The notes under the pieces: model-generated
Databases searched by the model: none
Told to the model about the DNA's origin: nothing
What the model saw: only the letters and a program-made list of their open reading frames with translations
In this document: positions 17,635-27,848 of the stretch, one piece after another
Numbering within the stretch: the first letter of the stretch is position 1
Layout: each line of letters begins with the position of its first letter
Position numbers and translations under genes: made by a program
Assembly: GCA_037137775.1 (NCBI GenBank)
Contig: JBAXJQ010000003.1
Span: forward strand, 920 to 64,919
Length of the DNA: 64,000 bases
Source: Candidatus Falkowbacteria bacterium
Lineage (GTDB): Bacteria; Patescibacteriota; Patescibacteriia; Patescibacteriales; GWE2-39-37
Direction of reading: 5' to 3'

Positions 17635-19685
17635 TAGTTAAAGTTTAGTATAACAATTTGATTGGTGTTGGGATTTAGGTTGATTGGTAGTGTTGGGTTG
17701 GTCATAACAAGGTTATGTAAGACATAGGTCGTACCAATCGTTAAATCATAACTATCCCATTCAATGCCAGTGATAGTGACAAACCCGTTTATATCGGTGG
17801 TGTAGTTTTTTTTAAATTTCAAAATTACCGGATTTTCGCCAATACGCTTGGCACCACTAAGCGTAATAGGAACATCCATTAAATTCGTAGTAGTGCTATA
17901 AGGAGATAAATCTGAACCGTAGATATCAAAATTGCCACTTCGATCATCTTGCCAGACAACATATGGTTTATTTTTATCTTCATTATAGATTATTGAGGGG
18001 CCATATTGAGCCGAGGCACCAGTATTGATATTAGCTCTAATGTCATTAAGCCATAATTTAGTGCCACTCATATCTATTTTTTGAGCGTAAATATCCTGGT
18101 TGCCATTTCGTTCATCGGTCCAAGCGATATATACCGTACCGGAAGCGACAGCTACTGAGGGTGAATATTGGTTGGTGGTGCCACCGTCAGAATTAATTAA
18201 TACATCATTGGTCCATAATTTAGTGCCATTTGAGTCAAAAATCTGTCCGTATATATTTTGATTACCACCGCGATCATCTTGCCAAAATACTAAAAAATTA
18301 TTGGCATCGTTAGTAGCTACAACTGGATTAATTTGGTTTGTTCCATCATTAATAGTGGTGTCACTAACTCGTACTTCCGGAGACCATTGTTCGGTGTGGT
18401 CGTTAGTGTTAATTTTTTGAAGATAGATATCTAAATCGTCGTTGCGGTCGTCCTGCCATACATACCCAAGCAAGCTACCGTCTGGCAGTAAAGCAATTCG
18501 TGGTTTTGACTGGTCTTTGTTATCCGCTGCAGTAAAGATTTTTTTGGTGCCGCTCCATGCATCACTGCCGTCGGCGGTGGATCGCTTGACCAAATAACAG
18601 TCCTGATTGCCACTGGAGTTGTCATTCCAGGCGGCGAATAGGTGATGATTATTATCTAATATGATGTCTGGGTATATTTGGTTATTGGCCGTACCAATGG
18701 CAATGTCGCTACCCCATTCAGCGTGAGAGTTTTCATCATATTTTTGCATATAAATTTTACCATTTGAACCGGAGCGAAAGTCTTGCCAGACAATATACAT
18801 GTTGCCGTGCTCATCCGCGGTAATTCTGGGCATTAATTGATTATCAGTGCCGCTGTCGGTATTAATTTTCCAATTATTGGGTAAATTTTGTGCTATTGCT
18901 TGGATGGTTAAGTTGCTTAAAAGGTCAATACTAAGGGTTAAACTGGTTTTGTCATCAATAATTACGGTTTGATTTGGTAAAGTAGGATTAGGATTGGCGA
19001 CAGTTCTGGGTGAAGTTGAGCTCTGACTATAGCCTGCCTTAGAAACAAGCACGTTATAGCCCTCAACGCTTGGCGTAGCGCCATAAAGCAGTAAGACGCC
19101 CTGAGCATTAGTTTGCGAAGTGAAATTTATGGTTGGCACGGTTGTGCTGTTGGTTACCGTTACATCTGCACCAACAACGGGTTGTCCGCTAGCATTAATG
19201 ACTCTAATTTCTAAAGTGCCCGCATTAGCAATTGTTTCGATCCCCCTGGGTGCTACCGTGGTAGCAAAAAATATGTGCCTTTCGCCAAAAGAGCCAGAAT
19301 AGCTTATTCTAATTCGAATAGATTTATAATCAGTTGGCAAGGTGTCATCGGGCATTCCGCCAAAGGTGCCGTCAAAAGGGTCGTCAACATAAAGCACAAC
19401 CGTGTTCACTTGAAAAATACCATCGGTATTAGAAATTGTTTCATTGCCTGGGATATTACCATGAACAATACCAGTTAAGGTGCCTACCTGATCATAGGGC
19501 AAATTACGAATATATTCTAATTTTTGATCAGCTAATAAGCCTGCTCCCACCCGTAATTTGTTTTCTAGACTAATTTTAATCGCTTGATTAAAAAGGCCAT
19601 AGACTGAAACAAGCACCAAGGCTAAAATCGCCAAAGTAATAATGAGTTCAACTAAGGTGTAACCACCCTGCTTTTTAAAAGTCAT
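17634..19685 (-). CDS. giant pilin-like protein: prepilin N-terminus, Ig-like (CarboxypepD_reg-like) domains and a six-repeat beta-propeller-like region
   Basis: MTFKKQGG/YTLVELIITLAILALV cleavage/methylation motif. Six repeats carry the W-x-D-x-R-x-G-N-x-D-I-Y motif. Confidence 0.75.
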   Translation of the reverse strand: MTFKKQGGYTLVELIITLAILALVLVSVYGLFNQAIKISLENKLRVGAGLLADQKLEYIRNLPYDQVGTLTGIVHGNIPGNETISNTDGIFQVNTVVLYVDDPFDGTFGGMPDDTLPTDYKSIRIRISYSGSFGERHIFFATTVAPRGIETIANAGTLEIRVINASGQPVVGADVTVTNSTTVPTINFTSQTNAQGVLLLYGATPSVEGYNVLVSKAGYSQSSTSPRTVANPNPTLPNQTVIIDDKTSLTLSIDLLSNLTIQAIAQNLPNNWKINTDSGTDNQLMPRITADEHGNMYIVWQDFRSGSNGKIYMQKYDENSHAEWGSDIAIGTANNQIYPDIILDNNHHLFAAWNDNSSGNQDCYLVKRSTADGSDAWSGTKKIFTAADNKDQSKPRIALLPDGSLLGYVWQDDRNDDLDIYLQKINTNDHTEQWSPEVRVSDTTINDGTNQINPVVATNDANNFLVFWQDDRGGNQNIYGQIFDSNGTKLWTNDVLINSDGGTTNQYSPSVAVASGTVYIAWTDERNGNQDIYAQKIDMSGTKLWLNDIRANINTGASAQYGPSIIYNEDKNKPYVVWQDDRSGNFDIYGSDLSPYSTTTNLMDVPITLSGAKRIGENPVILKFKKNYTTDINGFVTITGIEWDSYDLTIGTTYVLHNLVMTNPTLPINLNPNTNQIVILNFN
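17910..18833 (-). repeat. six tandem coding repeats of about 50 aa (WQDDRxGNxDIY type, beta-propeller-like)
   Basis: IVWQDFRSGSNGKIY, AAWNDNSSGNQDCY, YVWQDDRNDDLDIY, VFWQDDRGGNQNIY, IAWTDERNGNQDIY and VVWQDDRSGNFDIY in the translation. Confidence 0.65.
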
Positions 19686-19686
19686 A

Positions 19687-20814
19687 TTAAATCGCTGAAG
19701 TCATGGTGTACATTGGCATTAAAATGGCGACAGCCATGGCGCCAACGCCACAGCCTAAAACTAAAATTAGAACAGGCTCAATTATTGACGGTAGATTAGT
19801 CATAACTTCATCTATCTCGTCTTCATAAAATTCTGCAAGTTCGACTAAAATATTATCCAGTTCACCAGTTTGCTCACCAATGGCAATCATCTGAATTACA
19901 ATTGGCGGAAATAGTTTGGGATAGGTGGCAATAACCTCATTGATTGGCGTGCCTTTTTTGATTTTTTCAGCAATTTCTTCTACGGCGTTACGGTAATGAA
20001 TGTTGCCCAATACGGTCGCTGTTATTTGAAAGGTTTTTATAATCATAATATCAGTTTTAAGCAACGAACTGATTGTGCGGGAAAATTTAGCAAGATTAAC
20101 TTTTTTAATTATTTTACCAAAAATAGGTAGTTTAATGAGAAATAGGTCAAAATAATATTTGCCCGACTTAGTTTGTATGGTTTTTATAAAAGTAAAAATT
20201 GTAACCACGCTAATAATCAAGCAGAGCAGGGTATTCTTGGTAAGAAAATCACTTACGGCGATTAAAATTTTGGTGGGTAATGGCAGGGAAGCTCCTGCTT
20301 CTTTAAGCATGCCAGTTAGTTGTGGCACGATAATGAGCATCATAAAAATTCCAATGCCAACCATGGCAAACATAATAACTGCAGGATAGGTCATAGCACC
20401 TTTTATTTTGGAAACTAACTCGTGATGCTTTTTCATTTGGAGATACAGTTGCGCCAAAACGCTTTCAAGCTTACCGGAAATTTCACCCGCTTCGATCATA
20501 TTGATAAAAAGTTCACCAAATATTTTTTGGTTTAACTTTAAACTGTCCGTCAGCGTTTTACCTTTTTCTACTGCTTGAGCGGTTTCGGTAATGATGAGAG
20601 CAAATTTTTTATTTTCCGCCTGCTTGGCCAGTGTTTGTAGTGCGGTTAATATCGAAACGCCAGCCTTAAGCATAATGCCAAGATTTTGTACAAAAAATAA
20701 TTTTTCATTCGATGGTACCCGAGAAAATTTTAACAAAAAATCATCAACCGTCATTGATTTTTTTATCGTTAGTTCGAGTTGTTGCGGTTGTACAGAGTTG
20801 GGATTAAAAACCAT
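19687..20814 (-). CDS. pilC: type IV pilus platform protein PilC (GspF family)
   Basis: 375 aa. Duplicated T2SSF domains and 3 TM segments. Translationally coupled to pilB. Confidence 0.9.
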   Translation of the reverse strand: MVFNPNSVQPQQLELTIKKSMTVDDFLLKFSRVPSNEKLFFVQNLGIMLKAGVSILTALQTLAKQAENKKFALIITETAQAVEKGKTLTDSLKLNQKIFGELFINMIEAGEISGKLESVLAQLYLQMKKHHELVSKIKGAMTYPAVIMFAMVGIGIFMMLIIVPQLTGMLKEAGASLPLPTKILIAVSDFLTKNTLLCLIISVVTIFTFIKTIQTKSGKYYFDLFLIKLPIFGKIIKKVNLAKFSRTISSLLKTDIMIIKTFQITATVLGNIHYRNAVEEIAEKIKKGTPINEVIATYPKLFPPIVIQMIAIGEQTGELDNILVELAEFYEDEIDEVMTNLPSIIEPVLILVLGCGVGAMAVAILMPMYTMTSAI

Positions 20815-20815
20815 A

Positions 20816-22597
20816 TCATTCTTTAGTTACACGAACAATTTCTTCGATCGTGGTAATACCATTCTTGGCTTTAATATAGCCATCTTCTGCCATGGTGAGC
20901 ATTTTTTGGGCGATTGCTTCTTTCATAATATCGCTTTCAGTAGCTTTTTTTAAGATCAGCTCAGAAATTTCTGGAGTAATTTCTAGCACTTCGTAAATAC
21001 CCACACGTCCTTTATAGCCAGAGTCATTGCATTGTTTACATCCCTTGCCATGATAAAATAGTAATGATTCCAGATTTTTACTGCCAACAATTACTTTTTC
21101 TCTGATCATGGTTTTGATGATGGTATCGATATCAAATTGCTGACGTAAATCTTCAATCGTTTGTTTGTCTAAATTATAACTTTGAATGCAATTTGGACAG
21201 ATTTTTCTGACTAAGCGCTGAGCAATAATTAAATTTGTAGTCGTTGCCACTAAAAAGGAGGGTACACCCATATCGGAAAGACGGGGTAAGGTATTAATGG
21301 CATCGTTGGTGTGTAAGGTAGAGAGTACTAAATGTCCGGTCATAGCAGCATTAATGGCGATTTCGGCGGTTTCTTGGTCTCGGATTTCACCCACCATAAT
21401 AATATCGGGATCTTGACGTAAAAATGCACGCAAGCCTGAGGCAAAGGTAAAACCGATTTTAGCATTAACTTGAGACTGATTTACATGAGGCATGCGATAT
21501 TCAATTGGGTCTTCTATGGTTGAAATATTAACCTCAGGTGTGTTTAGGATATTAAGTACGGTATAGAGCGTCGTTGATTTACCAGAACCTGTCGGGCCGG
21601 TAACTAAAACCATGCCGTGTGGCTTTGAAATATTATTTTTAAGGGTTTCAAGCGCCGATGGCTGCATGCCTAATTGCTCTAAGGTGAGAATTTGAGCTTT
21701 TTCACGTAACAGACGCATTACGATTTTTTCTCCATCAAACGTAGGAATTATTGAAACGCGGAAAGAAACTTTATAATCTTTGTTGTGGATTTTAAAGCGA
21801 CCGTCTTGTGGTAGGCGATGTTCATCCACTTTAAGATTGGATAAGATTTTAATACGTGCTGCAATGCCTGATTGAATATTTTTTGGCAAAGTCATAACGT
21901 TGCGTAAAATGCCGTCAATACGATAGCGCACGTTAACTTCTTTTTCTTCCGGTTCGATATGAATATCGCTTGCGTCTTCAAAAATAGCATATTCAAGCAG
22001 TGTATCCACTACGCGAACGACTGGTAGATTAGTTGCAAGTTTTTTTAAATCTTCATTGCTTTGACCCTCTTTCGTGTCGTTTTCAAGAATATCGATTTCA
22101 GCTTTTAAGCTTTTGTGGTATTGATTAATGGCGAATTGAATACTTTCCGGTGTAGTAAAATAAAGCTTTGGCTCTAATTCGGTTTTTTTCTTGATGAAAT
22201 CGAGAATTTCAATATCATTCGGATCAAGCGTAGCCAGCATGATTTGAGTTGGTGAGCTATCAAAGGCAATAATTTGATGCGTGCTAGCAATCGCTTCTGG
22301 TAGATAAAACAAAACATCTTTACGAATCGTTTGCTTTTTTAAATTAATAAACGGCAATTTGAAAAAATCCGCAGCTTTTTCATAGAGTGCGGCTTGGTTG
22401 ATAATTTTTTTTTCAGCCAGATAATCTTCAATGTTTTTGCCGCCTTCTTTGGCCTCGTTGGCTAAACGGTCAAAATTTTCAGGGGGTAAAATATTGGCAA
22501 AGTTAAGCACTTCGCGAATCTGTTCTGATTTGAGCATGTTAATGGTTGCAATTTCAAGTAATGCTCTGATTATACCATTTATTGCAAATTTGACCAA
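20816..22597 (-). CDS. pilB: type IV pilus assembly ATPase PilB (GspE family)
   Basis: Walker A GPTGSGKST, Asp/His boxes and a tetracysteine motif (CPNC...CKQC). The true start is possibly the Met at 22537. It ends in the only TGA stop I saw in the window. Confidence 0.92.
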   Translation of the reverse strand: MVKFAINGIIRALLEIATINMLKSEQIREVLNFANILPPENFDRLANEAKEGGKNIEDYLAEKKIINQAALYEKAADFFKLPFINLKKQTIRKDVLFYLPEAIASTHQIIAFDSSPTQIMLATLDPNDIEILDFIKKKTELEPKLYFTTPESIQFAINQYHKSLKAEIDILENDTKEGQSNEDLKKLATNLPVVRVVDTLLEYAIFEDASDIHIEPEEKEVNVRYRIDGILRNVMTLPKNIQSGIAARIKILSNLKVDEHRLPQDGRFKIHNKDYKVSFRVSIIPTFDGEKIVMRLLREKAQILTLEQLGMQPSALETLKNNISKPHGMVLVTGPTGSGKSTTLYTVLNILNTPEVNISTIEDPIEYRMPHVNQSQVNAKIGFTFASGLRAFLRQDPDIIMVGEIRDQETAEIAINAAMTGHLVLSTLHTNDAINTLPRLSDMGVPSFLVATTTNLIIAQRLVRKICPNCIQSYNLDKQTIEDLRQQFDIDTIIKTMIREKVIVGSKNLESLLFYHGKGCKQCNDSGYKGRVGIYEVLEITPEISELILKKATESDIMKEAIAQKMLTMAEDGYIKAKNGITTIEEIVRVTKE

Positions 22598-22707
22598 GTG
22601 GTGTTCTGATGCATTGATGTTTTTATTTTGTGTTTATTTTTTTAAATGGGTATGCTAGACTTAATTAAGATTAAAATCGTGTCGACTGATTGGATTAATT
22701 TTGTTTT

Positions 22708-23127
22708 ATGGCTAAAATAGAAAAATTTAATGTAATTTGGCATCAGTTTCATTCAATAAGGGTCACTATTGTGGATGCCATAGTTTGGATTTGGTCGATG
22801 AATTTTGTTCGATGGATTGTAGGTGGTACTTTGTTTATAAATGTAATAATTTGGCTAATAGCTTTTTTGGAATTTCGTCGCATACCCTATAATCAAGTTG
22901 TGCTTCATTATAATGTTGATTATGGCGTAGACTATTTAGGTGAAACAAATAAAATTTTTTTTGTGCCATTGATTGGCATAATTATCATCTTGGTTAATTT
23001 AGTAGTTATAGGTATCTGTCAGCGTCAAGAAAAATTTATTCATTATGTAGCTCTTTATGGCGCTTTGGTTGCGAATATTGTATTGCTAATTGCTCAGGGG
23101 TTGTTATATCGATTTAATCTAAGATAA
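22708..23127 (+). CDS. hypothetical 4-TM membrane protein, first gene of the mur/fts cluster
   Basis: Hydrophobic helices. 2-nt gap to mraY. No family recognised. Confidence 0.45.
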   Translation: MAKIEKFNVIWHQFHSIRVTIVDAIVWIWSMNFVRWIVGGTLFINVIIWLIAFLEFRRIPYNQVVLHYNVDYGVDYLGETNKIFFVPLIGIIIILVNLVVIGICQRQEKFIHYVALYGALVANIVLLIAQGLLYRFNLR

Positions 23128-23129
23128 TT

Positions 23130-24179
23130 ATGACAAATATTTATTTGGTAAAAATATTGTTGTTGTCCGCGGGTGCATTTATATTAGCTGCTAGTTGGAA
23201 TCCATTTTTGTTACGTTTTTTGCGAAAATATAATATGGGTAAGCAGATCCGGAATGGTGGTAATACGCCGATTTTTAGCGAGCTGCATGCCGGCAAGGCT
23301 GGTACGCCAACCATGGGAGGTTTGTTGATTTGGGTAACCGTCTTGGTAATGACGTTAACAATATATTATAGTTCTAAGTTATTTGGTTGGCCTTGGCTTG
23401 AATTTGCAAATTTTTTATCACGAAAAGAGACTTTGATGCCTCTCGGTGTTTTAGTTGCGACCGCATTAGTCGGCTTATTTGATGATTGGCTTGATGTTCG
23501 CCGTAAAGGCGTTTTGGGCGGCGGCGGCTTAACAATTAAACACCGGTTATTGATTTATACCTTAATTGCAGCATTTGGTGCGTGGTGGTTTTATTTTAAA
23601 TTAGATTGGGACACGTTTCATATTCCATTTTATGGTGACATCCAGCTTGGTTGGTCATATATTATTATCTTTATATTTGTAATTGTAGCAACCGCTTTTT
23701 CTGTAAACGAAACTGATGGTTTGGATGGATTAGCTGGTGGCACGTTACTTACTTCATTTGCTGCCTATGGCTTAATTGCCTTTATTGAACAACGTTACGA
23801 TTTGGCTACTTTTTGTGGGGTAATTGTGGGGGCTCTGTTGGCGTTTCTTTGGTTTAATATTACCCCGGCAAAATATTTTATGGGCGATACTGGCGCGATG
23901 AGTCTTGGAGTTACTTTGGGTGTAATTGCCATGTTGACCAATAGTGCATTGATTCTACCCCTAGTTGGTTCAATTTTTGTTTTAGAGTCTTTTTCTGTAA
24001 TTATTCAGCTCATCTCTAAAAAAATTCGGGGTAAAAAAGTGTTTATATCCTCACCCATACATCACCATTTTGAAGCCAAGGGTTGGACCGAAGCTAACAT
24101 TGTTATGCGTTTTTGGGTCATCGCTCAAATATCTGCCGCTTTGGGTTTGGTACTTTTCTTGCTTGATAAGCAGTTTTAA
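23130..24179 (+). CDS. mraY: phospho-N-acetylmuramoyl-pentapeptide transferase
   Basis: NETDGLDGLAGG and HHHFE motifs. Polytopic, 349 aa. Confidence 0.95.
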   Translation: MTNIYLVKILLLSAGAFILAASWNPFLLRFLRKYNMGKQIRNGGNTPIFSELHAGKAGTPTMGGLLIWVTVLVMTLTIYYSSKLFGWPWLEFANFLSRKETLMPLGVLVATALVGLFDDWLDVRRKGVLGGGGLTIKHRLLIYTLIAAFGAWWFYFKLDWDTFHIPFYGDIQLGWSYIIIFIFVIVATAFSVNETDGLDGLAGGTLLTSFAAYGLIAFIEQRYDLATFCGVIVGALLAFLWFNITPAKYFMGDTGAMSLGVTLGVIAMLTNSALILPLVGSIFVLESFSVIIQLISKKIRGKKVFISSPIHHHFEAKGWTEANIVMRFWVIAQISAALGLVLFLLDKQF

Positions 24180-24184
24180 CTTTC

Positions 24185-25318
24185 ATGAAGTTTTTAAATA
24201 ATTTTTGGCGAAGCACGGTAAAACTTGGTGAGCCTGATTGGCCGCTCTTGTTTACGGCTGGTGCAATTGTTATTTTTGGAATTATTATGTTAACCAGCGC
24301 CTCTGGCGCCTTTGCGTATTCCCGTTATAATGATGGCTATTATTTTATTCGACATCAATTAAGCGCCTTGGTGGTTGGATTATTACTCTTTGCCATATTC
24401 TATAAGATTGATTATCATTTGTGGCGCAAATATGCCAGTGCATTTTTAGTGCTAAGCGGTTTATTGTTACTTATCGTTTTTATCCCCGGTTTAGCTTCTA
24501 GTGCCAACACGAAGGCGCATAGCTGGATTTCAATTTTTGGCTTTTCGTTGCAAACCTCTGAATTTGTTAAATTGTTTTTATTGATTTATCTCGCGGCCTG
24601 GTTTGAATCTAACGCGGGCAAGTTGACTAATTTTTCCGAGGGGGTGATGCCTTTATTTGTTATTTTGACTGTTGTGGGTGTATTATTATTGAAGCAACCT
24701 GACTTTGGCACGTTATCAATCGTTATCGCTATGGTTTTGGCAGCTTGGTATGTAGCTGGTGCTAAGTTGACTCACATTATTGCGCTATTTTTATTTGGTG
24801 CATTGGTTATCGGCTTATTAATTACAAAATCTGATTATCAGGCCAAGCGAATCGATTGTTTTTTGCACCCAGAGGTAAATAGCCAGCAAGAATGCTATCA
24901 AATAAAACAAGCTTTAATTGCCATCGGCTCAGGTGGGTGGTTTGGCCGAGGTTTTGGTGCCTCCCGACAAAAATTAATGTTTTTGCCAGAAGTTTCCGGC
25001 GATGCAATTTTCCCAATTATCGGTGAAGAGTTGGGGTTTGTTTTTGGATCGGCACTAGTCTGTTTATTTTTATTTTTATTTTTTCGGGGCTTTATAGTGG
25101 CGGAACGGGCGCCTGATTTATTCGGTCAGATTTTAGCCATAGGTGTAGTAAGTTGGTTTGCGATTCAGGCGTTCATAAATATTGGTGGTATGGTAAACAT
25201 TATGCCGATGACTGGTGTCCCTTTACCTTTTGTAAGTAGCGGTGGGTCAGCAGTGATGGCTGGCATGGCAGCATTAGGCCTCCTATTGCAAATTAGCCGT
25301 CAGGTAAAAAGAAGATAA
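24185..25318 (+). CDS. ftsW: SEDS-family peptidoglycan polymerase (FtsW/RodA)
   Basis: 10-TM profile. Q(P)SEFVKL-like and PFVSSGGS motifs. Position between mraY and murG. Confidence 0.85.
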   Translation: MKFLNNFWRSTVKLGEPDWPLLFTAGAIVIFGIIMLTSASGAFAYSRYNDGYYFIRHQLSALVVGLLLFAIFYKIDYHLWRKYASAFLVLSGLLLLIVFIPGLASSANTKAHSWISIFGFSLQTSEFVKLFLLIYLAAWFESNAGKLTNFSEGVMPLFVILTVVGVLLLKQPDFGTLSIVIAMVLAAWYVAGAKLTHIIALFLFGALVIGLLITKSDYQAKRIDCFLHPEVNSQQECYQIKQALIAIGSGGWFGRGFGASRQKLMFLPEVSGDAIFPIIGEELGFVFGSALVCLFLFLFFRGFIVAERAPDLFGQILAIGVVSWFAIQAFINIGGMVNIMPMTGVPLPFVSSGGSAVMAGMAALGLLLQISRQVKRR

Positions 25319-25322
25319 TAAT

Positions 25323-26393
25323 ATGCAAGTAAAAAAAAATAATCGAATGATTTTTTTTTCAGGTGGCGGTTCTGGCGGTTCGGTTATGCCATTGTTGGCA
25401 ATAATCGAATCATTGCAAGCGACTGATTTAGATTTGCAATTTTGTTGGTTCGGCACTAAATCTGGCGTTGAACAGCAAATGGTCAGCGAGGTCTTAGTGC
25501 CATACATTTCATTGCCAGCAGGGAAGTGGCGACGATATTTTACCTGGCGAAATGTAACAGATGTGGTATTCATTTTTAGTGGGTTCGTAGTCTCAATATA
25601 TTATATTTTTAAATTTAGTCCTAAACTGGTTGTAACAGCCGGTAGCTTTGTTAGCGTGCCATTGGCTTGGGCAGCCTGGCTTTGTCGAGTTCCGATTATT
25701 GCACACCAACAAGACGTGCTACCTGGCTTAGCCAATCGTTTAATGGCACCAACGGCTTCAGTTATTTCAGTTGTATTAGCCAGCTCATTAGTTGATTATG
25801 GATTTAAAGCGAGGCATCTTGGCAATCCTTTGCGTCAGGCATTTTTGCGAAGCGCACAAGCGGAAGATGATTTTTTAAAAACAAATAGTCCGGAAATCTT
25901 AATATTGGGTGGAGGACAGGGAGCGAGCGGTTTAAATGACATAATAGAATCTACATTGCCGGAATTAGTAAAGTTTTGTAGTGTTACCCATATCACGGGC
26001 AAGGGTAAAAAACTTCACACCATTGTATCGGGCTACACGGCACACGAGTTTGTAACCGCCACTGAAATGGCAAGATTGATTAAAAAATCAGATGTAGTCA
26101 TTTCTCGGGCTGGCTTAAGTACGTTGTCTGAGTTGGCTTATTTATCAAAGCCTGTCATGCTAGTTCCGATGCCTAATAGTCATCAAGAAATCAATGCGAA
26201 ATACTTTAGTGATCATGGGGCTGCAATACTTTTAGATCAAATAAATATGGATACAAAACTGTTTGTATTACAAATTAAATCATTACTTGAAGATAACGAC
26301 AAAAAACATAAAATCGGTTACACCCTTCACAATCTTTTTCCCAAAGAAAGCAATCAAGCCTTTGTGACTTTAGTCAAATCATTTTTATCCTAG
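25323..26393 (+). CDS. murG: undecaprenyl-PP-MurNAc-pentapeptide GlcNAc transferase
   Basis: N-terminal glycine-rich loop SGGGSGGSV, GT28 architecture and dcw-cluster context. Confidence 0.9.
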   Translation: MQVKKNNRMIFFSGGGSGGSVMPLLAIIESLQATDLDLQFCWFGTKSGVEQQMVSEVLVPYISLPAGKWRRYFTWRNVTDVVFIFSGFVVSIYYIFKFSPKLVVTAGSFVSVPLAWAAWLCRVPIIAHQQDVLPGLANRLMAPTASVISVVLASSLVDYGFKARHLGNPLRQAFLRSAQAEDDFLKTNSPEILILGGGQGASGLNDIIESTLPELVKFCSVTHITGKGKKLHTIVSGYTAHEFVTATEMARLIKKSDVVISRAGLSTLSELAYLSKPVMLVPMPNSHQEINAKYFSDHGAAILLDQINMDTKLFVLQIKSLLEDNDKKHKIGYTLHNLFPKESNQAFVTLVKSFLS

Positions 26394-26396
26394 CCT

Positions 26397-27845
26397 ATGG
26401 AGTTAAAAAATATTAAACAAGCCTATTTTATCGGTATTAAAGGTGTTGGCATGGCTATGTTAGCGCAATCTTTACATGATCGTGGTGTGCGTATCTCTGG
26501 CAGTGATGTGGCTGAGGATTTTGCTACGACCAAAGACACTCTTATTCGCATGCAGACTGAAATTAAAGCTCCCTTTGCGGAGCAGAATGTACCTAGCGAT
26601 GTTGACTTGATTGTGTATTCTAGTGCGTACAATAGTCAAAACAATCCAGAAGTTGCCAAGGCAGTAATTGGAAAAACCAGAGCGATTCCGTATGCAGTTG
26701 CCTTATCTGAGTTGTTTAATCAAAATTTCGGTATCGCTGTTGCTGGTACGCATGGTAAAACCACCACCAGTGCCTGGCTTGGCTACGTCTTAGATCGATC
26801 GGGCCTGCAGCCAAGTGTGTTAACCGGCACCTATATCCCCCAGTTTAATGGCGCAGCTTTAACGGGCACCTCTGATTATTTTGTAATGGAGGCAGATGAG
26901 TATCAAAACAAACTACAATATTTACGACCTCGAGGAGTATTATTAAATAATGTTGAATATGATCACCCAGATTATTTTTCAACAGAAGAAGCCTATCAAC
27001 AGGCATTTACTGATTTTGTAAAAAAAATTCCACCGAAAGGATTTTTGGTGGTAAATTTTGACGATGAATTTTTACGCACTTCAATTCGTGATTATTGTGT
27101 TGGTCGAATTATTAGTTATGGCATAGAAAACAAGGCTGATTTCGAAGCATATGATTTTCAAACAACAGCCGAAGAAACTTATTTTAAAGTTAGAATGAAT
27201 GAAAATGAAGGTGAAGCTGCATTCAAAGATAAGAAGCTTAATTATAAATATTTAGCCGAACAACAAGAACTTGGCACGTTTCATGTAAAACTACTTGGTC
27301 AACATAATGTTTCAAATGCTTTGGCAGTTATTGCGACGGCGATAGAATTGGGAGTTGAATTGGTTGATATCCGACGTCATTTGGCTGAATTTTCTGGTGC
27401 TGCCCGCAGGATGCAGTATTTGGGAGAATTTCGACAAGCGCCGATCATTGATGATTATGCACATCATCCAACCGAAATACTCGCTACTCTCTCTGCGTTA
27501 CGTCAACGGTATTCTAGTAAACGCTTAGTTGCCGTGTTTCATCCGCATACCTTTTCTCGCACGAAAGCCTTGTTGGCTGACTTTGCGGAGAGTTTTGGGC
27601 AAGTTGATGAGTTGATTGTGCTTGATATTTTTGGCAGCGCCCGTGAACAGCAGGGAACGATTCATAGTTCAGATTTAATAAAGGCAATTGAACAAGCAAT
27701 TAATAAACCAAAAGCAATACGATATATTCCAACACTTGAAGAAGCTGCAAAATATTTACGAGGCACACTTGGACGAAATGATGTTTTAGCCTTGCTTGGT
27801 GCCGGTGATGCTTTTCGCATCGGGGAAGATTTAATAGATAAATAA
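26397..27845 (+). CDS. murC: UDP-N-acetylmuramate--L-alanine ligase
   Basis: FIGIKGVGMAMLA...SGSD N-domain and GTHGKTTT P-loop. Confidence 0.9.
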   Translation: MELKNIKQAYFIGIKGVGMAMLAQSLHDRGVRISGSDVAEDFATTKDTLIRMQTEIKAPFAEQNVPSDVDLIVYSSAYNSQNNPEVAKAVIGKTRAIPYAVALSELFNQNFGIAVAGTHGKTTTSAWLGYVLDRSGLQPSVLTGTYIPQFNGAALTGTSDYFVMEADEYQNKLQYLRPRGVLLNNVEYDHPDYFSTEEAYQQAFTDFVKKIPPKGFLVVNFDDEFLRTSIRDYCVGRIISYGIENKADFEAYDFQTTAEETYFKVRMNENEGEAAFKDKKLNYKYLAEQQELGTFHVKLLGQHNVSNALAVIATAIELGVELVDIRRHLAEFSGAARRMQYLGEFRQAPIIDDYAHHPTEILATLSALRQRYSSKRLVAVFHPHTFSRTKALLADFAESFGQVDELIVLDIFGSAREQQGTIHSSDLIKAIEQAINKPKAIRYIPTLEEAAKYLRGTLGRNDVLALLGAGDAFRIGEDLIDK

Positions 27846-27848
27846 AGT

